A DNA stretch of 64,000 nucleotides from NCBI GenBank assembly GCA_951406725.2, contig OX597814.1:200322001-200386000 (forward strand), given 5' to 3'. Numbering within the stretch: position 1 is the first letter of the stretch; each line of letters begins with the position of its first letter. Below the pieces are notes generated by a model, which did not search any database, was not told the DNA's origin, and worked only from the letters and a program-made list of their open reading frames with translations. Below, in pieces: positions 37,723 through 50,491 of the stretch. The position numbers and the translations under genes were made by a program. This DNA comes from Octopus vulgaris (taxonomy: Eukaryota).

Positions 37723-38087
37723 CAGGTGCAAGAGTGGCTGTGTGGTGAGTAGCTTGCTTACCAACCATATGGTTTTGGGTTCAGTCCCACTGCGTGGCAC
37801 CTTGGTCAAGAGTCTTCTATAGCCTCAGGCCGACCAAAGCCTTGTGAGTGTATCTAGTAGACGGAAACTGAAAAGAAACCCGTCGTATATATATATATAT
37901 CCAACCATCACTTGACAACTGATACTGGTGTGTTTTCATCCCCACAACTTAGAGGTTCGGCAAGAGACCGATAGAATAAGTAGTAGGCTTACAAAGAATA
38001 AGCCCTGGGATCGATTTATTCGACTATAAGCAGTGCTCCAGCATGGCTGCAGTCAAATGACTGACACAAATAAATGAGTAAAAGAAT
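37723..38087 (+). mobile_element. SINE family A
   Basis: Full-length copy with A and B boxes. Confidence 0.9.
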
Positions 38088-39000
38088 ATATAGAAAAGAA
38101 AGCAATTCTTTTACCAAAGTACATTCAATAAAGCATACTTTGGGCTACTGATTCCCTACTTTTATAGCTACATGTTTCATTCACATGTGGCATCACACAG
38201 TGTATGCCTGGTCTAATAAGCAGATATATAAATATTTTATAGTACCAAATATTTTATGACTAACATGTCAATGTCAATTAGAGAAAATCTTTGACTAACC
38301 AGTTGTTAGTGAAACATGAATTTATGCAATATGTTTTGCTATCTGAATATTTGGATGATATTACAGAAACTGGGGAAACTAATTTTATGGGTAACTAGCA
38401 TACTAATTAGGTTTTATGTACTTATGGAGGTAACGTTCCACATTTTTTGTACTATTATTTTATTACTAGTATTATTATTATTATTATTATTATTAAGAAA
38501 TAAATAATTAAACATTTTTCAATGCAATAAAGAGTTGATTGCATATAAAAGAAGATTCCATCACAATTGTTGCTCATAAAATATTTGATACCATGCAAGT
38601 ATTTGGTATTTAATTGCAGAGATAGCAAATCAAACGACCAAATCATTTTAATGAGGAGTACAATTTACAAACAGAATTTTTTCTCTCATCTAAGTGGCCT
38701 CACTCGTATTTTGCATATGATGATCATGCTTTTACATTTGTTTGTCTTGTCATGGCTTGAACAGCCATCATCACAAATTAAATCACCTCTTATTCAGTGT
38801 TATTGCTGTAGTAGACAGATCATGTCTTCCACATCAAATTAAACCAGTAAATCTCATTGAACTTACTAATAATTATTCAATTATCTGACGACATCTGCAC
38901 ATCTACAGTTGATTCCTTTAATCCTGACAACTGATAACTTGTTGATAATATCTTAGTTTATTTATGATATACTACTAAGTGTCACCGAGAATGAAAATAA

Positions 39001-39436
39001 TTATTTCAAATTTTTGTCACAAGGGCAGCCTGGGGGAGGTGGGGATGAGTCAATTATATCAACCCCAGCGTTCAACTGGTATTTATTTTATTGACCCTGA
39101 AAGGATGAAAGGCAAAGTCGACCTCAGTGGAATTTGAACTCGGAATGTAGCGATGAGTGAAAAACCACTAAGCATTTCGTCCAGTATGCTACTGATTCTG
39201 CCAGCTTGCCACTAAACCGAGAATGAAAATAATCCTTTCTATTATAGGCACAAGGCTTGAAGTTTTGTGGGAGGGGGTTAATTGATTACATTGGCCCCAG
39301 AATTTCACTGGTACTTGATTTATCGACCCTTAAAGGTTGACTGGCAAAGTCAACCTTGGTGGAATTTGAACTCAGAACATACCGGCAGATGAAATACCAC
39401 TAAACATTTTGCCCAGCGTGCCAACAACTCCACCTT
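39001..39436 (-). mobile_element. Two Nin/Deu-like SINEs sharing a triplicated 18-bp target sequence
   Basis: acYgagaatgaaaataat at 38984, 39216 and 39437. Confidence 0.88.
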
Positions 39437-41281
39437 ACTGAGAATGAAAATAATACAGGAAAACTGGCCAGAAAATTATTTTAATTTTAGAAACAGGAGT
39501 TATTTTAGAAATTGTAGTTTTATTTTAAAAAGTAGAGTTACATTTCCAACCACATCCAACAGTGTGTTCCATTGGTTACCCACATCTGAAGATACAACGT
39601 GATTTTCTCTGACTTTCTCACTCTCAAAAGAAGACAAGGCTCTGAAATGCTAGATTCTTTGTTTCTTATGCAACTGAAAACTTGGCAAATGCTGATTATT
39701 TAATCACTAACGGAGTCACTGGAGCTTTTATCCTTTTCTATCTCTTTTCTTTCGCTACCATAATAGTCTTTGTTCCACAAAGACTAACTGGTATCATATC
39801 TTTATCACTCAAGCATCCTCAACCTACCCATCTTTCTCCTTCTTGCCACCCTTATTGTGTCTAACCCCTCTTACCCCATCCTTCCAATAGTTTAAACGAA
39901 TCATTACGCTCGCCAGTCTAAAGCAGCAGCATGCAAAGGTTAAGGGTACTTCCATTTCTTCCACATTTACCAAGTGTAAAAAAAATGAAGGAAAACAAAA
40001 CCCGAATTCCAGATTTTGCCAACCCTTATCTTATCTGATGCACAATTGTTATGTATTGAACTTGATTCAATGATATTTTATTCTTTTATAAAAGCAAATA
40101 AATAGTTAAACAAAAGAATTAATTATATATCACAGTAACGAGACACAATATTACTTAAATTTTATGGTAAGAGAAAATATAATCCGTAATAAATTACAAT
40201 ATTCTCAAGAAAGACAACTCTGAGTAAAATTCAAACAGTTGTCTCCCTTGGAAAAACGGATATTTAATGCTAAAATGTTTGTTACAGCTAGCGATAGATT
40301 TTACATTTTCTCGAACTTAATCTCTCATAGAATTTCATAGAATTCTTATAACACTGTCACATTCTAATAGTCTCTAACGAAAAAGGTATGCTGTAATGAC
40401 TATGAATTCAAGTACAATACACTATATTTATTTCCCATCACCCAACTTGCTTAGATCAAATCACATAGTTTATTGTAGTTACCCTCAATAGGAACATGGG
40501 TAGTCAAAGTTTTCTGAGACACAGAAGTCATTCTCAGCCTGACCTAATTATTTCCATCAGAAATGGACTCTACTAAAGGTATTCATGGAGACTCTAGCAG
40601 TCTAGAATAGGAATAATCTCTCCATATCCATTATTTGAATTTCACTCTCAAGACATATTTGTTAGCACTTTAGTAACTAATGAATTTTTTTATTAATTTG
40701 ATATGATCTTATCAAGAAATTAAATATTTAAAAAATAAAAATAATCTTTTTTTCTAAATTTAAAAAAAAAAGTTTTATTTTAACCCTTTCTGCCAGGAGA
40801 TCAAGTATGCTCAGTTCCATGCATGTCCACTTGAGATACAGGAACCAAGTTACCTTGATTTTGATAGTGGAGTACTTTCAAGAATTTTCCACACTTCACA
40901 TGGTGTAGTGTGCTGCATTTTATTTTTACTGTTTAATAGCAAGGGGTTACAAGAACAGACTTGAATATAATTAGCATGTTAAATCACCAATAAAAGTTTT
41001 CATATACATATACACAAACATATACACACACATAACGGGCTTCTTTCAGTTTCCATCTACTAAATCCACTCACAAGGCGTTGGTCGGCCTGAGACTATAG
41101 TAGAATACACTTGCCCAAGGTGCCACGCAATGGGAGTGAAACCAGATCCATGTGCAATGAGGGCTAACCTTCCATGAATTATTCAAAATTAATAGCACAG
41201 TTGTTATTGTAGTGTTTTTCTAGGATTCAGAATTCTAGCCATAGAAACCAAACCAAAACGACTGGAGTCTGATGCAGCTCT

Positions 41282-41460
41282 AATAATAATAATAATAATA
41301 ATAATAATGAAATTATTGTGTACAGTGCTCAGGTGCACTATGACTAATCAAAAGGTGCATGTACAATACACAGAATTATGTACAAATGTTAGGAAAGTGG
41401 AACAGTTTATGAGTCATGCGTGTGGAGTGGGGGATATCCGATGTAGTGTTGGTGAATTTC
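41282..41460 (-). mobile_element. CR1-type LINE 3' end (long-UTR type)
   Basis: (aat)n + gaaattattgtgtacagtgctcaggtgcac...tgtagtgttggtgaatttc. Confidence 0.78.
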
Positions 41461-41803
41461 TCTCTGAATGGTAAACTCCTGTCAAGCCATCCAATCCATA
41501 CCAGCATGGAAAATGGATATCAAATGATGATGATGATGATGATATCTTCATGACTTCAATTTTATACTCAGGGCAAAATATTTTAAAATTTACCTGTCAT
41601 ATTACTGGCATTGATTTTCTTATTCATCTCTGTACTTGTCTTTGTAATTGGCAAGAACAAAAAAAAAAAAAACCTACTCTTTTTCTTTGGGTAGTATAGC
41701 TGATTTATACACTAAGGAATTATATGTAAAAATAGAAAGATATAAAGAATTTGGTGGGGTATTCATTAGTGAAAATGTCATTTCAGTATTCTCTTATTAT
41801 CTA

Positions 41804-42133
41804 CACATGGTTCAGTGGATAGGGCATCGAGCTTATGATCGTGAGGTTGTGAGTTCGAATCCCGGACCAGGCTGCGTGTTGTGTTCTTGAGCAAAACATT
41901 TTATTTCACATTGCTCCAGTTCATTCAGCTGTAGAAATGAGTTGCGACATCACAGGTACCAAGCTGTATCGGCCTTTGCCTTTCCCTTGGATAACACTGA
42001 TGGCGTGGAGAGGGGAGGCTGGTATGCAGGGGCAACTGTTGGTCTTCCATAAAACAACCTTGCCCAGACTTGTGCCTGAGAGGGTAACTTTCTAGGTGCA
42101 ATCCCAAGGTCATTCATGACCGAAAGGAGTCTC
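41804..42133 (+). mobile_element. CORE-SINE (OR2-like), second copy
   Basis: Highly similar to 5167-5500, with B box gttcgaatccc. Confidence 0.85.
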
Positions 42134-42136
42134 AGC

Positions 42137-42505
42137 ATTATTTCCACCTTAACAAAGGCGGAGGTATTGCTTTCAGTCATGTTTGTTTGTTTGTCTGTGG
42201 ACAAGATATCTCAAGAACCACTCTATGGATTCAGATGACACTTTCAGGGATGTTTGGCCTCATGATCAACAAAAACTGATTAGACTTTGGGATCGATAAG
42301 GTACCGGACAAGGAATCTGGATTATTTTCCCCTTTGTCTCTTTTACTTAATTTTTGAGAGTAGTCAGGTTCATTTTTAGTATTCTTGTTTATGAGAGCAG
42401 TCAAGTTTATTTCAGATATTCTCATTTTAAACATCATCTCTGACTAATCGTTGAGAAGATGTTGGTGCTGCCTTGATGAAGGTTTGTGCTCTCTGAGTGC
42501 TCGTT
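42137..42505 (+). mobile_element. Helentron-associated (HINE/DINE-1-like) non-autonomous element
   Basis: 5' subTIR/IR tttccacctt-aaca-aaggcggagg, a (gttt/gtct) microsatellite, a 3' subTIR remnant and the terminal stem-loop gtgctc-tct-gagtgc. Confidence 0.65.
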
Positions 42506-43372
42506 ATTATTATTGTTATTATTCTTTTAGAACATATTAGTAAAAGCTATGACTATATTGAAGAGACAAAATTATGAGCACAGAAACAACTTGAGCTGAG
42601 CCAACTAGTTTTTTTTTCATTCATAAAAAATGAACTTTTACCTTTAAATTAACCACCATTTCATATTGTAAAGGCAAAAAGACGATGTTACAGACCTGTT
42701 CAGGCTCTGAGAAATACACATAAAAGTTTGCTTAATGAAGAGTGGATTGTAGACATTATTTAATTCTCTTAATTTTCATTTATGTTTCAAAGTCTTTAAT
42801 TTCAGAAATAAAAGCATTATAACTTTTTGATTACATATCCTATTACAACGCAAACATCACCAATGTAATTTTCCAGTAGATGTTTTTCACTGCTTCAGTG
42901 GTCCACTTCATCTATAATTATACAAAATCAGTTTTTCTCTCTCTATTTAACAAAAGACTTTCTAAACTACAGGCTAGTAAATTTATGGCATTTAAATCGC
43001 TGAATACTTATTACCACCATCATATCCTGCTTCACAGACTTCACAGCCAGAGACATTATTGTAGTTTAATTATTGGTTACCAAACATGAAAGATCATCAT
43101 TTTATTCTCATGACATCTTAAGTCATAAAAATGAAATTATAAGAATTATTAGAATATTGTAATGCCATCTATGTCTGCTAATTGTTGGATGGTATTAAAG
43201 TGTGCACATCACCCAAAACACAGTGTAGTTAGAAACAGTGAATCTTGAAATAATCTTATGAATATTAATAAGGATTATGAACTAGAAATGGAATTTTTAA
43301 AAATTCTCTTCTCATAAATTTTATAAACACAAGTAAATAAACAAGGAAAATATAATAATAATAATAATGATG

Positions 43373-43879
43373 GACTCTCATGGCTTCTGACCTAAACTGA
43401 TTGGAAGCATTAACATGTACATGTTTTGTCTTGGTGTAAAAGATGAGCTACAATAAATATTCAGCTCAATACCACAGATTAGCTTGTCAGTTGTTTGACC
43501 GTAACCAGTTGAACATGTCCCTTAGTAGCTGATGATGTGTATGTCTCTGATCACAAGCAGGTGTAGTTGGGGAGCATCATAGCCATATGCCGAGAGAAAT
43601 TTTTTGGGGTTTGGATAATTCGCCTCTGGAAACATGGGTATTTTCATCATCTTTAAACAAATCTTATTCAGGGACCTTTGGAGCAGAATGGGCTATTCAA
43701 TCTAAAGAAAATTCTAACTGGGCTCTACCTCCAAGGTCATATGCTGCTTATTTTGATATGAGATCAACATGTACACATATAGTTGTGATGCATGTGCCTG
43801 GTGAACTCTTATCAGACAGGTGGTCATGATGGGTATACTGGGATTCATATCTTTGATGGCAGGCACTGCTTTCTCACTC

Positions 43880-43912
<33 letters not shown>
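43373..43912 (+). mobile_element. ~540-bp (AAT)n-tailed retroposon, copy 1
   Basis: Diverged direct repeat of 43915-44483, embedded in (AAT)n on both sides. Confidence 0.8.
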
Positions 43913-43914
<2 letters not shown>

Positions 43915-44451
43915 CAGGCAGTGGCTCTCATGGCTTCTGATCTTAACTGATCGGACGTGTTATCATGTACATTGTTTTGTCTTGGTATAAAAGATGGGCT
44001 ACAGCCAATATTCTGCTCAATACCACAGATTTGCTTGTCAGTTGTTTGACCTTAACCAGTTGACCATGTCCCTTAGTGGCTGACAATATGTGCATCTCTG
44101 ATCCCGAGCAGAAGTAGTGGGGGAGCATCATAACCATGTGTTGAGAGGAATTCTTTGGAGTTTGAATAATTCAGCTCGGGAAGCATAGGTGTTTCGTTCA
44201 ACATCCTTAAACAACCCTTATTCAAGGACTGTTTGAGCAAGATGGGCTACTCAGCCTGAAGAAAATTCTAACTGAGCCCCACCTGCAAGGTCATGCACTG
44301 TTTATCTTGATATGAGATCACCATATCACGCACATATGGTTGTGATGCATGTACCTGGTGTCCCTTTATTAGACAGTTAGCAATGATGGGTATACTGAGC
44401 TTCATATATTTTACCCTAGTGTTACTGATAGCATCCTCTGCTATCTCACTC

Positions 44452-44483
<32 letters not shown>
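43915..44483 (+). mobile_element. ~570-bp (AAT)n-tailed retroposon, copy 2
   Basis: Ends ctcactc(aat)n. No tRNA head or ORF is visible. Confidence 0.8.
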
Positions 44484-44484
<1 letters not shown>

Positions 44485-44690
44485 TATTATTATTATTATT
44501 AGTCTGTTCTTTGTTTGATTTACGGGGAGAATGTGAACGCAGACCCCACACTTAGAAATAGTGCACTCAAGTCGCCCACATTTGGAGCGATCACAAAGGT
44601 CAACCCAACCGGAGTGCAATGGAAGGGCCTCACTCTGGGAGAACCACCTTGCTGATCATGGTTTACTCCTGTGCCAAATAATAATAATAA

Positions 44691-45200
44691 TTCTTTCTAT
44701 TAAAAGCACAATGCCTGAAATTTTGGGGGTGGGTCTAGTTGATTATATTGACCCCAGTGTGCAATAGGTGCTTGTTCTATCAACCCCAAAAGGATAAAAG
44801 GCAGAGTCAACCTTGGAAGCATTTGAACTTAGAACATAAAGCTGCAAATAATGCCACTAAGCATTTTATCTGATGTGATAAGAATTTTGCCCGCTTACCA
44901 CTTTAATAATAACATTTCAGATTTAGGCACAAGGCCAACAATGTTGAGGAGAGAGTTTTAATTGATACCATTGACTCCAGTACATGACTGGTATTGTATT
45001 TCAAGCCCTGAAAGGATAAAAGACAAAGTTGATCCCATTGAAATTTGAACTCAGAGTGTAAAGAGTCAGAATGTTAACAGTTTCTAATTTAAGCACAAGG
45101 CCAGAAACTTTGATGGGAGATTAGTCAATATCATTGACCCCGCCCCTTACCGCAACTGGTTTTCTGTTTTATTGCTCCTGGAGGGATGAAGCATTGAGCT
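44691..45200 (-). mobile_element. Three tandem degenerate Nin/Deu-like SINEs
   Basis: Three blocks containing gcacaa.gcc...ttgacYcc...ctgaaagga. Confidence 0.7.
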
Positions 45201-46377
45201 GATGTTCAGTGGACTTAAGTCTATTTTCAAGAGTAGAACTTCTTTAAATTTGGTTGGTGGCTCCCTTCACAGAAAGTTTGTGTCAACTTCTCATCACATC
45301 TGTCTTTATGAGTATAACATTAGATAAAAATTAATTTCATAAGTGTTAATGAGACTGAATACTCAAGTGAAAGTCACTCATGGACTTAGGCCTGATTCAG
45401 CAACAACTGCAATGATCAGAAAGCGGTCACAGAGTGATAACAGAATTTTCATTAAATGCTAGTTCAAGAGAGAACCTGGTAAAATTAGATAGATAGATAG
45501 ATAAACAGAAAGATAGATAGACAGATAGATAAATAGATAGAGAGAGAGCGAGCTCTTCCTTGTCACAGAACAAAGGGTTTTAGATCAAAAACCTCGAATA
45601 GTAAGAATATAATGACTATCTCTGTTGGAGCTGGAAGAAGTTGTCTGAACAGTAAAGTATGACGAATACAACTACATAGGAGAGAAAATTGAACAAGAAA
45701 TAGCAGAAAGATCAATGAATCGTCAGGAAAAATGAAAATAAGTTTTACATTATAGAAGGAAAAGATATTATAGAAGAGGAAAGAAGCAAAAGATAGAACA
45801 AGATAACCAGTTTTGAAAGGAATTGAAAAGCTATGATAAGTAATAGAGAAAGTAGATAAATTAGTGAAAATCAAATTTGTGAATATAACAGATGTGCAGT
45901 CTCTGTTGCTGTAGAAATTCTTAGAGTTAAAAGCAGAGCAGAAAGATGGGTCAAAGACCTCTGGTGGAAAAGGAGACTTACGAATCATGTTAGCTGAATA
46001 AAGATCTTGGTGGGATAAATGCCAACATTAAAAAGAATCCAGTAAAGAAATGACATAAGAGTGAGCTTCAAAGAAAGCATAACATGAGACACTTCTGACT
46101 TAAAATTTCACAAGCATGCAAAATTATACATATGGCAGTTTCCTATTAATTGTATAGAAAATGTGCTACCAGTACGGTTGACAAAAGGAATGACAATGTT
46201 AATAGAGACGACTGAAGAAGACGGAGAAGTCAGTAATTATAGGCCTGTTATGTGCCTGCTATTAATTTGCGAATAGCTAACTGGTCTCGTAGCAATTGAA
46301 TTGCAAAAGATGCAGAAAGAAATCAAGGGTAACTGCTGGTCTACTGGATATCAATAGAATGTAACTTTGAAGAGCAG

Positions 46378-46545
46378 AAGGCTGAGAGCTGGCAGAATAG
46401 TTAGCATGTCAAACAAAATTCTCAGTGGTATTTCTTCCAGTTAATTCATGTTCTGAGTTCAAATCCCACCAAGGTCAATTTTGCCTTTTATCCCTAAAAT
46501 AAAGTACTAATCAAATATTGGGGTCAATGTAAGTGACTTGTCCCT
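46378..46545 (+). mobile_element. Nin/Deu-like SINE
   Basis: gagctggcagaatagttagc (A-box region), gagttcaaatccc (B box) and ggtcaattttgccttttatcc. Confidence 0.75.
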
Positions 46546-47015
46546 TTCCTTGTTTCAGGGGATATGTTGTAGTCTCAATCACTTATACACTGTGGAAACT
46601 GCATAACCAGTCTTATGTGTCCTAGGGCTCGAGAAAAGGGAAAATAAGGAAACAAAGAAAAACTTGACTGTTGGTTGGATAGGCTACAAAACAGTATGTA
46701 ATGTGTACCTTGTTACTGGCATTAGGTGTGCCTGTGGACCCTTGGAGCCCATGAGAAGACAGACTTTTTTCTTTCCATGTTGAAAAAAAAAAATTTTTTT
46801 TAATTATAAAAACCTCATTGTAAGAAGTGGAACTAAGTTGCAGAAGTGACTCAATGCAAGATGTGAAAATCTGGGAGAAGAATATTTCAAGAAGACTTCT
46901 TGTCTCCTTTATTTTTCATGATTGCATTGATTCTATTTACTCTTATACTGAGAGAATCTACACCTAATTATGAGTTTAAGAAGAGAGAGAAAATAAATAA
47001 TCTGATATATATATA

Positions 47016-47391
47016 TTCTTTTACTTGTTTCAGATTGTGGCCATGTTGGAGCACCACCTTTAGTCGAGAAAATCGACCCGAAGACTTATTTTTTGTAAGC
47101 TTAGTACTTATTCTATTGCTCACTTATGCCAAACCACTAAGTTATGGGGATGTAAACACACCAGCATTGGTTGCTAAGTGATATTGGGGGGGACAAACAC
47201 AGACACACAAACATATATACACACACGTAACAGGCTTCTTTCAGTTCCCATTTACGAAATTCACTCACAAGGCTTTGGTCGACCTGAGTCTATAGTAGAA
47301 GACACTTGTCCAAGGTGCCATGCAGTGGGACTGAACCCAGAACCATGTGGTTGGTAAGCAAGCTACTTACCACACAGCCACTCCTGCACCT
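47016..47391 (-). mobile_element. SINE family A
   Basis: Full-length copy inserted within the R4/Dong RT region. Confidence 0.9.
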
Positions 47392-47449
47392 ATATATATA
47401 TATACACACACACATATATATTTATATTTAGCATCCAGTTTGAGATCAT

Positions 47450-47482
<33 letters not shown>

Positions 47483-47487
<5 letters not shown>

Positions 47488-48024
47488 ATACAATTAAGGG
47501 CTCCTAAATTAGGATGCCGAGTGCTGGGAACACAAAAAGGGGATGAATTTATCGAGAGTGAAAATCAAAAACGTTTACCGATAACTTTACACCTCGGACT
47601 GATCAGTTTCTGCCTCTTTCTAGCAAAACACAGAATATGTTTGCTAAGGCTGGCTTCATCAACGAGTCGCCTAAATTGAATCGAGGTCTGTAGCGATGTG
47701 AGACCATGTGTTGATCTCGACTACTAGCAGATCTTAACTTTTCAAATCTCTGCGCAGACGCAAAACTTACGCGGCAGTATAGGGCATGCCGGGAAGAATT
47801 TTACGAATAAATCCATCAAGTAATATGCGAATATAAACAAGAAGGGTAGTAATATTGGTTACTACCAGGTGCCCAGCACAAAAGACGAACTAGTCATAAG
47901 ACAAAATATTATTCATATAGAAAAATATTATTCATGTAGTAATACAATTAAGGGCTCCTAAATTAGGATGCCGAGTGCTGGGAACACAAAAAGGGGATGA
48001 ATTTATTGAGAGTGAAAATCAAAA
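47483..48024 (-). mobile_element. Penelope-like pseudo-LTR or retrozyme-like unit (454-bp period, ~1.2 copies) in (TA)n
   Basis: 88-bp direct repeat at 47483-47570 and 47937-48024 with 1 mismatch. CpG-rich, and contains a hammerhead motif. Confidence 0.72.
47593..47666 (-). ncRNA. Type I hammerhead ribozyme motif (variant core)
   Basis: CUCG-UUGAUGA-A-GCC[..UAGCAAA..UUUGCUA..]GGC-A-GAAAC-UGAUCA-GUC^CGAG. Stem I is CUCG/CGAG, the cleavage triplet is GUC, stem III is palindromic, and C3 is replaced by U. Confidence 0.68.
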
Positions 48025-48047
48025 ATACTACATGAATATTTTGTCTT

Positions 48048-48098
<51 letters not shown>

Positions 48099-48112
48099 CA
48101 CACACATATATA

Positions 48113-48692
48113 CGAGCAAAACGCCCCCCCCCCACCGTCCAATGGACGGTGCTGAACCATATCTACTGAATAAAAAGCAATTAGTGTTTTCTTTTCATTA
48201 AAAATAATTAATCATGCCTTTATTTCAATAAAATTTTTGGTTTTATTAAATGAAGTTAAGGCAAAAAAAAAATACTTCTTGAGAAACCAAATAGTCTATC
48301 CTTCATTCATGCCAAGTTTGGAAAAAATATCGTTTTTGTATCTTACTTTTTGGGTCTCTTAAATATACTGCATTTTGTGGCATTATCTCAAGCCAGCCGG
48401 CTTTTTTTGCGCAAACTGCACATGCATTTTTCTCGCATATGCATAGTATCGATTGCAACAGCTGATGTACACGTGTGTACAAATGCACGTTCCCACAGCT
48501 TATCAATTGCATTCTCACTGTTAACCAATTTTTGTAATTTTTTCAAAACTTATACATGGCCTGATACTGTTGGTATCTACATATAAAATTTGAGCGCAAT
48601 CGGATGGAGGATGCCCAAGATCCTAGAAGACACACACACAGACAGAAAGAACGGATTTTATATAAAATATATATATATATATATATATATAG
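48113..48692 (-). mobile_element. Non-autonomous Helitron-like element
   Basis: On the minus strand, the 3' end has an 8-bp GC hairpin (caccgtcc-aat-ggacggtg, 48133-48151) ~20 bp from a CTAG-like end (ctcg|t). The 5' end has (TA)n-aaaa then tctgtctgtgtgtg. Confidence 0.62.
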
Positions 48693-49419
48693 TTAATCCA
48701 AACATGAACAAAGAGAAAACACAACAATGCGATGATTTCAAACTGGACACCAAAAATGGCAAAGATCTTGATTTGTGTTATCAAACAATAAGTTTATTTA
48801 GCAAGAATGTCTGTAATGCAGTTTGAGGTGAATAAGTATACAGTATTGATTATGAAAGGAGGCTGAAAGATTAAAATTTGATGGAACACAGATACTGCAA
48901 GAGGGTATCATCAGATCAATGTAAGAAAATGAGAAATACAAGCAGGGTGATAAAATATTGGAAAAGGAAATCAAAGAGAAAGTCTCCAAGGTATACAAGG
49001 GATGGGTTAGGAGGATACTTGAAACAAAACTAAAAGGAAGAAATAATAATGAAGGCAACCAATACTCAAACTTTGCCAGTGTTGAAATACTCTGCTCCTT
49101 TCCTTTTTGTGAGTAAACAAAGGCAGAACTATAGGAATTGGACTGAAGAACATTGAAGCTTCTCACAACATCAACTTAATAGTAACATCAACAAGGAAGT
49201 AAAGGTTTGTCAAATGTACAAGACAAAATAGATGTTGTGAGTTCAGGTTTGGAAAGCTATAGGTGCAGGAGTGGTTGTGTGGTAAGTAGCTTGCTTACCA
49301 ACTACATCGTTCCGGATTCAGTCCTACTGCATGGCACCTTGGGCAAGTGTCTTTCACTATAGCCTCGAGCTGACCAAAGCCTTGTGAGTGGATTTGGTAG
49401 ACAGAAAATGAAAGAATCC

Positions 49420-49462
<43 letters not shown>

Positions 49463-49465
<3 letters not shown>

Positions 49466-49730
49466 TCATCATCATCATCATCATCGTTTAACGTCCGTTT
49501 TCCGCGCTAGCACGGGTTGGACGGTTCGACCGGGGTCTGGGAAGCCAGGGGCCGCTCCAGGCTCCAGTCTGATTCTGGCAGAGTTTCTACGGCTGGATGC
49601 CCTTCCTAACGCCAACCACTCCGTGAGTGGATTGGGTGCTTTTTACGTGCCACCTGCACAGGGGCCGGGGGTCCGGCATCGGTCACGATCGGTTCGAGCT
49701 TTTAACGTGCCAGGGACACGGGGGCAACGG
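49463..49730 (-). mobile_element. CpG-rich (young) RTE-type 3' end with (GAT)n tail
   Basis: (cat)n-cgtttaacgtccgttttccgcgctagcacgggttggacgg...ggatgcccttcctaacgccaacc. Confidence 0.88.
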
Positions 49731-50221
49731 GATGCGGGGTAGAGTTGAGTTGGGGGGGGGGTCCAGCTGAGAAAGGTTTCACCAGTGAAAAGAGAGGGAG
49801 AGATAGTAAAGGGGTGCAGGTAATATAGGGGAGCACCAGTGGGGAAGGAGGAACGATGGCAGGAAGGGTTGGTGAAGGTTCGTAAGAAATATAAACGTAG
49901 GATGTGTATATATATATATGGGTAGGTGTGGGGAAGGTTGGGTGGGTAAGGAGGAACGATGGCAGGAAGGGTTGGTGCAGGTTCGTAAGAAATAAAAACG
50001 TAGGATATTACGAGGCATGGAGGGGACTGGAAGGAGATAGTAGGATTGAGGCAGTGTCAGATTCAAAACAGGAGGAAGCGTAAGATCAGAGGGCGGTTGA
50101 TGAGCTGAGACGCTAGCAGCTTGTCTTTTCTCAGTGAAAGCATATGAGGAGAAGGGGTAGGAAGGGGTGGTGGGGGAGGAGGAGGGAGTATCCGGTGTAG
50201 ATGGTGAGAACAGTGTTCACC

Positions 50222-50480
50222 GGTATTGGTGGTATTGGCGGTGGGGGGTGGGTGGTATTGGTGGTGGTGGGGGTGGTATTGGTGGTGGTGGTATTGGTGG
50301 TGGGGGTGGTATTGGTGGTGGGGGGTGGTATTGGTGGTGGTGGTGGGTGGGGGGTGGTATTGGTGGTATTGGTGGTGGGGGTGGGGGTGGTATTGGTGGT
50401 GGGGGTGGTATTGGTGGTGGGGGTGGTATTGGTGGTGGGGGTGGTATTGGTGGTGGGGGTGGTATTGGTGGTGGGGGTGG
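50222..50480. repeat. G-rich minisatellite (GGTGGTATT GGTGGTGGG)n
   Basis: 9/18-bp periodicity. It is the source of the poly-Gly, poly-Pro and His-rich ORFs. Confidence 0.93.
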
Positions 50481-50491
50481 GAGGGCGGGCG

